Assembly: GCA_050273025.1 (NCBI GenBank) | Contig: CP158635.1 | Span: forward strand, 9,796,001 to 9,860,000 | Direction of reading: 5' to 3' | Origin: Cenococcum geophilum | Taxonomy: Eukaryota | DNA: 64,000 nucleotides | Shown: in pieces, positions 1 through 14,885 of the stretch | Position numbering within the stretch: the stretch's first letter is position 1 | How the letters are laid out: each line of letters starts with the position of its first letter | Notes under the pieces: model-generated | The model's database searches: none | What the model was told of the DNA's origin: nothing | What the model saw: only the letters and a program-made list of their open reading frames with translations | Translations under genes and position numbers: made by a program

Positions 1-3000
1 TTTTTCTAGATAAACTCTTTTAGTGCTTTCCCTTCTTCCTTAGTAAGCTTATAGATTAGAAAGAACCTTAGATTTATTCCTAGTTTTAATTCTATCTTAT
101 AGTCCTATACTGCGTATTTTAATAGCTTTTCACTTTTTAGTGACTATAGCTTTTTGCCGTATTTATAGTATCTCTTTAGTATATAACTTAACCCTTTCTC
201 GGTTTCCTTATATATTACTTTAACTTAATACTATACTATCTTAGCCTATTACTACATTTTACGGCATTAAGTATCTTTAATATTAACCTAACCTATAATC
301 TAATTAATCTTTAGATTATATTTCTATAACTAAGGCATTCCTAATACTACCTTATTATTCCCTAATAGTAATATATTAAAAGACATTTTAATTTTTTTTT
401 TTTTAAAATAGTTATCTAAATAGGTCCTATTTTAAGGTTAATAATACTTTCTCTATAGGCTATTAGATTTCCTAAAATCGTAACTAATAAATAAGGGTGC
501 TCTTTTTGCCTATATAGTAGCCCTATCCTTTTAATTACTACTAGTAAGATATAGTTCCTTATTACTCTACTATCTACTAATACTTTAAACTGTTAATCTT
601 ACTATTTAACTTATAAATTTAAGTATTATCCTTAAATTTCTTTAAGGGTCTAAGGCTTTACTACTAGCTCCCTCTAGTCCTATAGGCCTTTACTTTTCCT
701 AACTATTAGCTACTAGATCCTTATATATTTAGCTCTTTTTTTAGCTAATATTTTATTTACTTTTTATTCTTAATATACTATAGATATATATTCTCTAGGC
801 ATTCCCACTACTATTATCCATTTAAGTATTTTTCCGTAAAGAATCTTTTTAGTTAAAGTATTAAGTTTCCTAACTTCTAGACTTCTACTAGATGCCAGCT
901 ATATATATACTTAGTATTTCTATACTATTACTTATTTAGCGCCTAATATATCCTTATAGGGTATTTTTAATATTTATCCTTTAGTGCTTTATATATATTA
1001 TATATATTATTTATATAAGCTATCTATAATAGGGTATAATATACTAGGTAACCTAGGTTAACTCTTAGCTTATTTTTATTCTTAAGTTTAAACCTTTATT
1101 ATATTAATCTAAACGTTATAACTTTATTTATAGGTACTAAGATATATCTCTTACTTCTTTAGTCCTCTAATTATTCCTTTAGATCCTTTAATATTATAAT
1201 TAAGGCTCCCTTAATATAGTTTATTGCTTTTTCCGTAATTAAGTGGTTTTAAATAACTTTCTCGTCTAACTATATATAGAAATCTTCCTACTTATTACTA
1301 TATTATAATAGCCTTTTATATATTATTTTTTAAATCTAGTTAAAACCCTTAGGTCCTCTTTATTTTCTAGTTTAATAAGCTACTTAACTTTTAGTATGCC
1401 TGCTCTTAACCTATTAGTAATTCTTTATATTAGTGCTCTATCTTATATATAATCTAGTATACTAGCTCTTATATCTAGTCCTTATTTTTACTATATAAAG
1501 ATTCTTACTCTAAACTTATCTATAGTTTCTTAGTATTTATGTTTTATAATTAGATCCTTAAAGTTTTCTTACTTCTTAATTATAGTGTTAACTTTTTAAT
1601 CTTTAGGCTGAACACTTTATTCCCCTAGTAAGTCTTTTAGGTCTATATATTTATCTCCTAGTCTAACTACTATTTATACTATAAATTCTCTAATCTATAG
1701 TAAAGCCGCTTACTTCTTACTTATAAGTGTTTTTATTTATACTTTAAATTCTCAGTCCCTTAGATTTTTTAATCCTAAGCTTACTTCTTCCTTAAGCTAT
1801 ACTCTAGCCTTAGTTTAACTAGGCTTTACTAGTATTCTTATCTTATCTTAAGAGTTTTAAATCTTACTTATTTTATCTTAAGAATTTTATACCTTTAGGA
1901 AACTCCGTCCTAAGCTTATTTATATATTACTAAACTAAGCTATTACTCTGCTTTATTAGTTATTATCTATTATAGGTCCTTAAGCGTACCTTATCTTATT
2001 TTAAGAATCTTAGTTATCTCTTATCTTATTTTAAAAATCTTAAGCCTTTAGCCTTTTACCTTTATTAAGTAGTAAGCTAGCACTAGCAGTTATCTGCTTA
2101 CTTAATTACTTTTAAATATTACGCCTTCTATCTTATAAAGCGATAGATACTATATCTAATAGTATTATAATACCCATTACTAAACCTTACTCTATAGCGG
2201 TTTTAGTCTCTACTTTAATTACATTATTAAGGTTTAGATACCCCTAATTAGTTCCTTTCTTTACCTTATTACTATTAATTAATAAGTACTTTAACTCTAT
2301 TATTATTATTACTAATCTTTATCTATATATTACTATAATATCTTAATCTAGCTTATAAAGTTAATTTTATTCTTTATCTAACTTTTTAGTTCCCTTAAGT
2401 TCTCTTAACTCTAGCTCTTATAGCTAATAGCTTACGCTATACTTAGCGTCTTTATAAATTTAGTATACGTTATTATAATAAAATATAAAACTTTTAATTA
2501 AATATTCTTTTATTCCTTATAGTATATTATTATCCCTCTATATATATATATCGTATACTATTAGTCTAGTTCCCTTTACTATATAGTAATTCTAACCACT
2601 TCTATAGTCTTTAGTAAAATAACCCTATTTTCTATAATTTATATAAGCTCCGTTTTTAAACTATTATTTTTACTATAAAGTTCGCTTAAATATCTTTTAC
2701 TACTAAAATCCTTAGTTTAGCCTATACTTCTTAGTTCTATAATTACTTAATCCTTAACTTCTAGGTTTCTATAATTATTTTCTTTATTTTTTATAGATTT
2801 CTTTAGTACTACTTAGGTCTATTAGCTCTGCGCTATACTATAGTTTCTAATTTAACTTTAGTTATTACGTACTCTACGTCTTATATAACTATAGAACTTT
2901 ATCCTAGCCTTTCTTAGCCTATTCCCTTTAAAAGATCCTATTATTAATTCTAATTACTTAATCTATTAATTCCCTAAGGGTGTCTATATCTTCTATTAGA

Positions 3001-4107
3001 ATAATTACGTCTTAAACTTTTACTTTAAGTCCTTATTTATACTATACTATAAGCGCCTTATTATTCCATTTAACCTATATAGCTAATATCTAAAACTGCG
3101 TTATATACTTAATTACTAAGGTTTGCTATATTAGGTCCTAAAGCTTTCTTTTTACTATAGTTATTACTTTTAGGTCCCTAAATATTTATATTAATTATTC
3201 CACAAATTTAGTCTAGCTTAAAAATATATATTATACTTCCTAATTAGTAGTTGTTATGCCATTATCTTATACCTCCATAAGGTAGAATTTAAACTATTTA
3301 AGCGCCCTTTCTATTAGAAATAATTCTGCGTACGCTACCTAATCTATAGGTATTACTAACTTTGCTCCTTTTTATATAACTTTAAAGTATATTTATATAA
3401 AAAATCCTTTAAGCTTTAATCTCTCTCCTAAAAATCGTTTAATTAAAGGTAACTTAACTTTAGCTGCTCCTATTTTATTAACCCTTTATTTAAGTGTCTT
3501 ATTATTATCTATTAACTAATTAACTATTACCTATAACTATCTAACTGTAATTAGTTACGAGTTAGTATTTACTATATTAGTATTATTACCTAACCCTAAA
3601 GTTGTTGCTGCCGTTAATAGCGTTATTATAGCTGCTTTTAGTGGTATATTATTTAACTTCTATTACTATAACCGTAGTAGTAATTATATAACGGAACCTT
3701 ATAGTAGGAACTACAGTGAATTTGTTAATAGGCTAGGTATATAGGTAAAGCAGGAAGTTAATAACGTAATAATAACTAGTAGAGTGGTTGCCTAATAAAT
3801 TAACTCTAATTATATTTTAAGAATTACTATAAAAAGAGAAACTATCTAGGTAGGGACTAAGGGTCCTTAAATACACATCCGTACTCCTATAAAAGTCCTT
3901 ACTCCGTCTACTTTATTTACTCTATTTACTTTATTGCGGATCCTATAGATTATATAGATTATATAGATTATATTATATAACCTTAGTTACCATTCCTTAT
4001 TATATAGCTCTACCGGTTCTATCTTAAACTATACCTATATTAACTAACTAGCTTCTTTTAACTCTTCTCTAAGTAGTTATAACATTGTACTTAAAGCGTC
4101 TGTAATA
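1..4107 (-). mobile_element. Gypsy/Ty3 chromovirus LTR retrotransposon family A, 5' part (5' LTR, gag, protease, start of RT), RIP-inactivated; continues off the left edge
   Basis: Reverse-complement colinear with 5823-9056 plus 14891-15790, and direct match to about 50640-54741; LTR at 3687-4107; stop codons throughout. Confidence 0.9.
3687..4107 (-). repeat. 5' LTR (421 bp) of family A copy 1
   Basis: Ends TATAAC...GTAATA (RIPed TGTAAC...GTAACA); inverted copy of 5823-6243 and 33301-33721. Confidence 0.9.
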
Positions 4108-5822
4108 TCCGCGACCTTTATAACTACCTCCACACTTAATATAATTACCTTTTCTTTTACTGCAGACAACTTCTATAACGTCTTTTATACTATTTTTGCC
4201 TTCTTAGTTATAGTAAAGCCTACCTTTACTAAGTATCTAGAAGAAACTAGAGTTAGCTTAATAAAGCGTATTACCTAGCCTAAATATAATAATCTTATTT
4301 CCTAGCTTGTAGATCTAAATTATATAGCTTATTTATAGGTAGAACGTAACGTTAAATTAAAGGCTAAGTAACGGTGGTATATAAGAGAGGATATTCCCCT
4401 AGAGCTATAAGGTCTTTAAAGGCGTTTAATAAAGCCTAGTAAGCGGGCCTTAAAGGTAGTTCCCGAGCTAGATATTTACGATATAATTATAAGGAAGTAT
4501 AGTAATATTAAACACTTAAGGCAGAAGAAGACTTACTATATAATTTCGACTAAGTATTACGGTATAAGATTTATTAAAGTTAAATATCTACTTAAGCACT
4601 GTCGAATCTATAAGGAGTAAGTATGTAAGAGTACATATATTAGATCCCGCCGCGCTTGCGAACAAGTTCGCAAGCACTCCGTGTCTTTTTGGCCGAATAG
4701 CGACGTTGGGGCGGGAAACGTTACAAAGTATTACTTTTAGAAAAAATCTTAGTTATATATATATACTAATATTCTTATAAAAAGGCTTCCTCTACTATAA
4801 GGCCTCTACTTAATATAATTGTCTCTTTAGCTCCCTTTAATTATATCTAAGGCGATCTAATTAATATACGCTTTAAGCCTAATAGCGAATATAAATGGAT
4901 CCTATAGATACGCGATTACTTTAGTAAATACTATACCCTTTACCCTCTTAAGTAGAAGACTGCTGAGGAAGTCGCTGCCGCTATATTATAATGGATATAT
5001 TACCACAGTGTTTACCTATATATTTAGTAAAGTAATAACGGTATAGAGTTTAAAGGCGCCCTTCTTATATTACTTTATCGCTATAGAGTAAAAGTTATTA
5101 ATAGCTACCTACGCTACCCTTAATTGTAAGGCCTTATAGAGTAGGCTAATAGCTTTATAAAAAAAAGCTTTATATAGTAAAGTAACTCTTAGGAACTTTA
5201 TAATAGGCAATAGCTTACCTAATTGTCGCGGCCTTAATTAATCGCACGTACTACGAATTAATTAGCTGTACGCCTTTTTACTATCTATATAGGAGAGATC
5301 CTTAGGCTTCTACTTTAGTGGCGCCTAATTTAAGGGCTATAGTAGAGCCTCCGCCTAATATTAAAGTCTTTAAAGCTAAGAATAAGGATCTAGATGGTAA
5401 TAAGGAAGTTTTAGGCCCTCTACTAAAAGAGAATAGTAATAGGCGAGAGGCTGCCGAATAGGAGCGCGATAAGAAGGATAATTGCTCTATTACTTTAAGC
5501 GCCCTTACTGCTTCTAATAAGGATCGCGATGATATTTCTAATATAGGAGATAATAGTAATTAGCTCTTAACCTTAGGTAAATCTTCTAATAAGGAAGATA
5601 AGGATTCTAATAATAGGAGCCTTCTAAATTTAGGAACTGCCTCTATAGGCGACCGCAATCTATCTAAAAAGGACCGCGATTTAGCTAATAGATTATAAAG
5701 GTAGGAGACTTCTGCGAACTATACTCTATTTAATAATAATAGCCTTTCTCCTAATTACTTACTAATCTTAATTTAAACTCGTTAAATTTAATTATTAGAA
5801 TTAAGTGGATTTAGGTAGCCTC
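4108..5822 (+). mobile_element. Ginger/TDD-like (KRBA2/SCAND3-type integrase) DNA transposon, 5' segment, RIP pseudogene
   Basis: Translation gives an HHCC-like region (IKHLRQKKTY...LLKHCRIY), a putative intron at 4617-4780, then GDLINIRF..YKWIL*IRDYFSKY..LYPLK*KTAEEVA and SNNGIEFKGA..KVINSYLRYP*L*GLIE*AN. This reads as RIPed QSDNGxEF...GRPRHPQSQGLVEQAN. An acidic linker follows. No RT is associated. Confidence 0.75.
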
Positions 5823-6243
5823 TGTTATAAACGCTTTAAATACAATGTTATAACTACTTGGAGAAGAGTTGGAAGAAGCTAGTTAGTTAATATAAGTACG
5901 GTCTAAGATAGATCTTGTGGAACTATATAATAAGGAATAGTAACTAAGGTCACATAATGTAATCTATATAATCTGTATAATTTATAAGGTCCGCGATAGA
6001 GTAGATAGAGTAGATAAAGTAAACGGAGTAAGGACTTTTATAGGAGTATAGTTGTATATTTAAGAACCCTTAGTCCCTACCTAGATAGTTCCTCTCTTTA
6101 TAGTAATTTTTAGAATATAATTAAAGTTAATCTATTAGGTAACCACTCTACTAGTTATTATTATATTATTAACTTCTTACTTTACCTATATACCTAGCCT
6201 ATTAATAAGTCCACTGTAGTTCCTACTATAAGGCTTTATTATA
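5823..6243 (+). repeat. 5' LTR of family A copy 2
   Basis: Starts TGTTA; direct repeat of 33301-33721. Confidence 0.9.
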
Positions 6244-9056
6244 TAATTACTACCACAGTTATAGTAATAAAAGTTAAATAATATGCTACTAAAAGCAGCT
6301 ATAACAACGCTATTAACGGCAGTAATAACCTTAGGGTTAGGTAATAATACTAGCATAGTAAATACTAACTCGTAACTAGTTATAGTCGGATAGTTATAGG
6401 TAATAGTTAATTAGTTAATAGATAATAATAAGGCACTTAAATAAAGGGTTAATAGAATAGGAGCGGCTAAGGTTAAGTTACCTTTAATTAAATAATTCTT
6501 AGGAGAGAGATTAAATCTTAAAGGATTCCTTATATAAATATACTTTAAAGTTATATAGAAAGGAGTAAAGTTAGTAATACCTATAAATTAAGTAGTATAC
6601 GCAGGATTATTCCCAACGGGAAGGGCGCTTAAATAGTTTAAACTCTACTTTATAGAAATATAAGATAATAGTATAATAACCACTAATTAAAAAGTATAAT
6701 ATATGTTTTTAAGCTAGACTAGATTCGCGGAATAATTAATATAAATATTTAGGGACCTAGAAGTAATAACTATAGTAAAAAAAAAGCTTTAGGACCTAAT
6801 ATAGCGAACCTTAGTAATTAAGTATATAACGTAGTTTTAGATATTTACTATATAGGTTAAATAAAATAATAAGACGCTTATAGCATAGTATAAATAGGGA
6901 CTTAAAGTAAAAGTTTAGGACGTAATTATTCTAATAGAAGATACGGATACCCTTAGGGAATTAATAGATTAAGCGATTAAGATTAATAATAGGATCTTCT
7001 AAAGGGAATAGGCTAAGAGAGGCTAGAATAGAGTTTTATAGTTATATAAGGTGTAAAGTACGTAATAATTAAAGCTAAATTAGAAACTATAGTATAGCGT
7101 AGAGCTAATAAACCTAAGCGGTACTAAAAAAACTTATAAAAGATAGAGAAAATAACTATAGAAACCTAAAAGTTAAGGATTAAGTAATTATAGGACTAAG
7201 GAGTATAGGCTAAACTAAAAATCTTAATAGCAGAAGATGTTTAAGTGGACTCTATAGTAAAAGTAATAGTTTAAAAATAGAGCTTATATAAATTATAGAA
7301 AATAGGGTTATTTTACTAGAGACTATAGAAGTAGTTAGAGTTACTATATAGTAAAGGGAACTAGATTAATAGTATATAATATATATATATAAAGGGATAA
7401 TAGTATACTACAAGAAATAAAAGAATATTTAATTAAAAGTTTCGCGTTTTATTATAATAATATATACTAAATTTATAAAGACGCTAAGTATAGTATAAGC
7501 TATTAGCTATAAAAGCTAAAGTTAAAAGGACTTAAAAAACTAGAGAGTTAGATAAAGAATAAAATTAACTTTATAAGCTAGATTAAGATATTATAGTAAT
7601 ATATAGATAAAGATTAGTAATAATAATAATAGAGTTAGAGTACTTATTAATTAATAGCGATAAGGTAAAAAAAAAGAACTAACTAGGGGTATCCAAACCT
7701 TAATAATATAATAAAAGTAAAGACTAAAACCGCTATAGAGTAAGGTTTAGTAACGGGTATTATAATACTATTAGATATAGTATTTATCGCTTTATAAGAC
7801 AAAAGGAGTAATATTTAAAGGTAATTAAGTAAGCAGATAACTGCTAGTGCTAGCTTACTACTTAATAAAGGTAAAAGGCTAAAGGCTTAAGATTTTTAAG
7901 ACAAGATAAGAGATAACTAAGATTCTTAAAATAAGATAAGGTACGCTTAAGGACCTATAATAAACAATAACTAATAGAGTAGAGTAATAGCTTAGTTTAG
8001 TAATATATAAATAAGCTTAGGATAAAGTTTCCTAAAGGTATAAGATTCTTAAGATAAGATAAGTAAGATTTAAGACTCTTAAAATAAGATAAGAATACTA
8101 ATAAAGCCTAGTTAAACTAAGGCTAGAGCGTAGCTTAAAAAAGAAATAAGCTTAGGATTAAAGAATTTAAAGAACTAAAAATTTGGAGTATAAATAAGGA
8201 CACCTATAAATAAAAAGTAAGTGGCTTTACTATAGATTAGAGAATCTATAGTATAAATAGCAATTAAACTAGGAGATAGATATATAGACCTAGAAGACTT
8301 ACTAGGGGAATCTAGTATTTAGCTAGAAAATTAAAAGGTTAATACTATAATTAAGAAGTAAGAAAACTTCGAGAATCTAACTATAAGACGTAAATACTAA
8401 GAAACTATAGATAAGTTTAGAGTAAGAATCTTTATATAGTAAAAATAAGGACTAAATATAAGGGCTAGTATAAAGAATTACTAATAGGCTAAAAGTAGAT
8501 ATATTAAGAGCTAAGTAGCTTACTAAACTAGAAAATAAAAAGGATTTAGGGATTTTAACTAGGTTTAAGAAAAGGTATATAAAAGGCTATTATAACGTAG
8601 TAATAAGAAGATACTTCCTTATAGATAGGCCGTATACACTCTAATAGCTATACTAAAGGTAGTATAGGTAAAGACATAATAATAAGTAGGAAGATTTCTA
8701 TATATAGTTAAATAAAAAAGTTATCTAGAACTACCTAATTACGGAAAAAGTAATAAACTATATTAAGGGAGCCTTAATTATAATATTAAAGGATCTAGAG
8801 GAATAATTAGAGGACTAAAGAAGTAAAAGATGTATCTTAGTACCTATAAATAAAGTTATAACGTTTAGATTAATATAATAAAGGTTTAAACTTAAGAATA
8901 AAGATAAGTTAAGAGTTAACCTAGGTTACCTAGCATATTATACCCTATTATAGATAGCTTATATAGATAATACGTGCAATATATATAGAGTACTAAAGGA
9001 TAAATATTAAAAATACTTTATAAGGATATATTAGGCGCTAGATAAGTAATAGTATA

Positions 9057-12000
9057 TATTAGACTTATAAGGGGATATCACGTAGCTACGGTTCGTAGAT
9101 AGTATAATAATTATTATTTATTCTTGATTAATTAATATTATAGGAATAAGGAAAGGGGTAAGGAACTAAAGGTTCCTTACCGCGCTAGGGCCACGTTAAC
9201 ACGTGACGACCGCTTACCTCATTCCCGATACTAGCAACTCTTCTTTTATAGTTACTATCTATATACACTTATAGATTGCCACTATATAAAGATACAAAGC
9301 TAAGGGAAGAAAGAAGAAGAAGAAGGGCGTTAGGGGTTAACGCGAAGACGAGTAGGCCGCTAAGGCGCTAGTCGTAAGCGAGCCAATAGCGATTTTCTAT
9401 CCCGGGGATGGAAAATCCTAATTAGCTGTTTAGAATTAGGGTCTGTAGAATCCTTCTACTCCCTTTTAACCTAACCTTTAACTTATATATATAGAGTATT
9501 CGTATTAATAAACGTCTCTAGTGCCTTATTTAGGTTTACCTTTATTATCACATCTACCAGGTTATCTTAGCCATTAATCTATTAAATCTTAAAGAGTTCT
9601 TAACGCTTATAGGATTACTAAAGGGCTATAATATTAATTATAAGACGCTTTTTCTTTATAGTACTAAGCTTAACTAAATACTTATAGAGGAAATATAAGT
9701 TAGTATATACAATTATAGGAATAGTAGGAAGTTTAAGCCAATCTATAATTATCTTAAGGGTAGTTCTAATTATAATTACTATATTAACTCCGCCAACCAT
9801 TCCATATATCTCTAACACTAGAACGCTTTAAGTAACGCGCTTACTCTTAGTTAAGCTCTAATAGATAAGATTACTATAGATTATAAAGTTATTCTCTCTA
9901 GTAGATTTATTTATAATAATAATCTTATATCCTAGCTAGGAGCTAAAATCTTTATTATTTATAAATAACCTATTAATAAATATAAAGAGCTTAGTAGCGG
10001 AAAGATTAATAGATATATAGAGTAATCCCTAATTAAAATGGGTTATTTACCAGAAAAGGCGCTTATTTAGGGTAAGAACGTCCTCCTTAGTTAGTTCCTA
10101 GTATTAAGTGGTAATAGAGAGATTAAAGGAAGCCTTAGGCTAACAGATAGAAGCAACATAAGCTCTATAAGCGCGTTACTCTATATATCCTTACTTTAGG
10201 GAATTAATATTAATAACGTTAATCTTCTTACCTTAACCCTTCTAGCGTAAAGTAATAAAGTCCTTATTTAGGGAAAGGATACATCCATTAAAGAGCAATA
10301 GCGTTATTACATTAAGTCTTTCCTTTAGCTTTACTATAAGATTTACCTTTACTAGCTTATCTTTCTTAAAAGCTAAGAATTAATTATCTCCTAAGATAAT
10401 TATATTATTAGTTTATATACCAACAATTCTAAATAGAGTTCCCGTAGTTATAATAAGGAAGTAGGGATTAAATATAGAGGTAGTTATTAAAAGCTTCTCT
10501 TTATAGTACTTACTATAGGTAGCCCACTAATAAGTTCCTACCTCTACAATTCTATATAGTGGCTTAAGCACAACTATAATCATATCTTTAGGATATTGGT
10601 GGCGAATTTACTCCGGAAGATATGCCAATATTAAGCGCTAAAGGCGCGTCTCTAATTAGGTATAAGCCTAAGTAATATCTTATAAATAAACTGCCATTCC
10701 GTTCTTTATTAAGGAGAAAGCTAGTATAACAATAACTTACTAACTAGCTCATTAAATTATAGGGGATTGCATAAGGATCGTCTCCTTGCCGTCATTGTTA
10801 TAGCCTTAAATAATAAGCCTTAATTTCTTAAATAGGGCGTTAGTAGCCTTACCCTTAATCTCATTAACTATTCTTAACTTAAAGATGCGAATTCTATTAA
10901 ACTTAGTAGGGTTATACTTCTTGAATTTAAAGACTCCTCTTATAATAAGACTGTCAATTTCCTACTTATTAAATACTTAGAAAGGAGCTCCTAGAGTTAT
11001 AATACAACCTTCCTTTTAGAGCTATTTTGCGAGCTTAAAGTCAGCCTTCTCTTTAGCTATTATAAAGGCCATTAATAACTTAACTCTACTCTCTATAATA
11101 GCAACAAATTGCTCTTTAAAATTAATAAGATATTAGCGATTTTATAATCCCTTTAGGCGACCTCTACCGCGTTATGGTTATAGCATATCTACTATAATTA
11201 TATCAGAATCATAGTCGCCTTCTAGGGCACGTTAATCGTGGTTCTCCTCTAGGGCATCTTCTAGGGTATCTTCTAGGGCATCCTATAAAGGCTTAGAACT
11301 ATTATCTTTATAGTAGGGCCTAATAACAGTTAAATAGAATTAAGTAGGTCTATAGGGCATCTAAAGAGTACAAGTTTAACTATTAATTATAATAATTTTA
11401 TGTAGGCCTAACCATCCTCCCTTTTTACGCCATACCTGTACTTTAGATTGGAGTGGCAGATTAAGCGTAGTTAAGGTATTTAGGCCATTTCTTATTCCTA
11501 GTACATTATTAACCTAGCGCGTAGCATATAGACGTTATACCTCCTTTATTACTTTGCGAATAGCCTTAGCTTATTACACAATAAAGGGAAATAGTAGAGA
11601 ATTATTAGTTATTTAAGGGTAGGCGCTAAAGACTAGCAATATAGGTATAAGCCTATCTGGGCTAGCGGAATTATTAATAGCCTTAACAGCTATTTATAAG
11701 ATAATTTCTTTGCTAGCGTCCTCTAGTTCTAAAGAAATAATCTTATATACTCGGCGTAATAGCATATAGTATCGCTCCACTTTTTTAATACTATTATATG
11801 CCTTAATAGGGACTTCCTTAACCTTAATTGCCATTACTTTTACCTATTATCGAAACTCCGTAAATAAGAAGTTCTTTCCTACGTTATAAATAATTTAATT
11901 AGGGGGTTCTAGGTAGACATTAATCCAATATAACTAAAGGGTATCCCATACGTTCCTAGCTAATATATCCCTTAAAAAATATACGGCTTAGAAGAAGGTT

Positions 12001-14885
12001 AATAAGTTAACAGCTTAGAGGACTGGCTTACCATTAAGATATATAACATTAATAATAATATAGAAGTTAAAGTCGTAGTTATCTTTAAGGGTAAACTTAA
12101 ATTGGCTAGGGGACTTCTAGTTTATTTAGCAGTAATAGCAGTACTTTATAAAATGCTTAATTGCCTTAACCTTAACTTTATAACCTACTTATTAAAGAAC
12201 CCTAAGCAGTTAGTAAATAGATAGGTGGCTAAAACAACAGTGTAGTTAACGTAGCTCTAACTTAGTTAAGTAACTTTAAGTAATACTTCTTTTTAGTTAT
12301 TAGAGGAGTAACTAAGGGTAACCCCACTTACGTATAACGGGCACCTAATTGTCTCCCTAAATAAGTATATTCTTAAGGTTATTAAGCTTAACACCTAATT
12401 TATTTATATTTTAGATATAGAATAGAAACGGGGTGTTTATAGGAATAATATAGAAGGTAATATATCCTAATAAGGTTTGGACCTTAATTATACCAAAAGA
12501 AATTATAGTACCCTTACTAAAGCGAATTATATATTAGCCTATCGTTAATTAGTTAATTTAAATAGAGCTATTAAGCTACTAAAGAGCTTAAACTTAAGGT
12601 TCTTCTACTATAGATACTCCTGCGGCTTTAGTATCTAGTATAATACTATAAAAGACATTCGCCAAGTATTTATTATTAAAGGAGAACGCGGAACTTTCCT
12701 TTAGCTTATTAAAGATATCTAACTTTATAACAGAATAGAACGTAGATTAGTTATTAAGAATAGCAACAGTTTATATGCCATTTACCTTACCATACTTAGT
12801 AAAGTATTAGTTAGGAAAGTAGTCCTTAATATCTATATCTATAAGGAGCTATTTAGCCTTATTAACCTTATCCTTAAGGTCTTTTATGCCTTTATATTAG
12901 ACTAAAAAGCTTTAGAAGTAGGCTATAGTAGCCTTATAATTTCTAACGTTTCTTATACTCTATTAGAACTTATTATATACCTCCTTTCGCTTATTAAAAG
13001 AGTGTCTATTTAACTAGCAATTTAGCTTCTTATAAACATAGCACTTCTTTTAATAGTTATTCCGAAATAAACCTTTACAAGGACCTCCACAATTGCTTTA
13101 TAGTTAATATTAATTATACCCTCTACCATATCCCCTACTCCGGCCACCATATATTTAATTAGTCCAGTTATAATTATATTAGTTTAGAATCCCGGTTTAA
13201 ATAGGGTTTTTAGTATAGAATTATTAGGATTTTTATATTTATATTATAGTGCCTACAGCGGAGCGTAGTTTAGTATATACTTCTTTAAATATATCTATAG
13301 GTTTATATAGCGCCAAGTTATACTTAGAAACGCTATAGCATACTAAGATAACCTAGTCCCTTAGACTATTCTTATTTTAATAGGTTTTAGTAAGACCACA
13401 TTAGATTTTTTAGAGTTTATTAAAGAGTAGTTAAAGACACTCTAGGCGAGTTATTATTAGGTTAAAAGCGATAACTCTCTAGAATATAATCTCCCGCTAT
13501 TTAGATATATAGAGTTAGCGGTTTTTATTAGTTTTAAAGTAGGCTCTAGTAAGCTAAAGTATTATATTAAAGCTATAGTTTTTACCTACGATATAGTCGT
13601 AATAGAACATTACTGCCCGTCCCTTTAATATAATAGAGAAAGCATAATAGAACTAGTGGCGTTAAATTCTAACCTTATTACAGCAGTTATAAAAAACCTA
13701 TAGTTTTACTCCAAGTATATTATATAATTCTCCTCTAAACTTCTTCTCTTTATCTAAATATACCTTTATTAGATTCGTAACTTCTTAAAATAGAGGCTTA
13801 TTAGTTAGCTAGGATAGAGGAGTTAGAGGTAATAGAGGTAGAGGAAGAGCACCTCTAGGTAGGAGAGTACCTTTAGGTAAAAGAGTAGCGTTCTAGGGGT
13901 TTTATTCCAAATTAAAGTTGCCTTTTAAAGAATATAGGTTAGTTTTAGGTTTCTATAGTTAACATATAATCTTAGCTTCCGTCTATACTAGTTTTTCTAT
14001 ACTAGTAAGAACGGCGTAAATATTACTAGTAATTAGGTTACCGTCCTTAGTAACGTACACCCTATTCCTTTAGAGGGAGTCTTAAAAATCCTAAATAATA
14101 TTAATATTACTAAGTACCTAGGTATCAACGGTCCATCCTATAAAATCCTCCCTAAAGTATTCCTATAACTATAAATTGGCGTAATAGCTATCTTAGTAGA
14201 ATAGAATATAGTATAGAAAAAAGCCGTTCACTTATTTTACAGTATAGGTTATTATATTAAAGGTAAATGCGTCCTAATCTTCATTAATAAGTTTCGCGTA
14301 TATAGCTACCCCTAGTGGTAAGGAGTCTCTCTAGTTATTTAGAGTAGCTATAGTTATATCTTCAGAGGAAGGGAATATTAGTAGTATAGGGATTATTGTT
14401 TAGTACGCGTTTATAATATATATTTGCAATTATAGGGCTTAGGACTAGTTCTAGCCTTAAATCGCAAAGACTTATAAAGCGTATTATTCTGCGTAATAAA
14501 CGCAAGAATCTATAATCTAGGGAAGGCTTAGGACCAGTTCTAGCCTTTAAATCCTTAGATTTATGGAAGAGTTCTATTTAAGGTTTAGAACCAGTTCTGA
14601 CCTTAAAAGATAGCTTCCCTTAGCACGAGTAGCACTGGTACAGTGGCTCGTCTCTTCTTAGTGAATACCTAGCTATTCTATAGCATAACTATAAAGTTAA
14701 CCACTAATCAGTGTTGGACTCATAAGGGGATATTACGTAGCTACGGTTCGTAGATAGTATAATGATTGTTTTTTGTTCTTAATTAATTAATATTATAGAA
14801 ATAAGGAAAGGGGTAAGGAACTAAAGGTTCCTCACCGCGCTAGGGCCACGTTGACACGTGACGACCGCTTGCCTCATTCCCGACA
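9057..14885 (-). mobile_element. Copia/Ty1 LTR retrotransposon, GalEa-like, RIP-inactivated, nested in family A copy 2
   Basis: 174-bp LTRs at 9057-9230 and 14712-14885; TSD GTATA (9052-9056, 14886-14890); RNase H end LYKYLVKLSTIKKKRLIINIIAL (ORF 9618-9818); CTGATTAGT directly after the 5' LTR on the minus strand (14703-14711). Confidence 0.9.
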
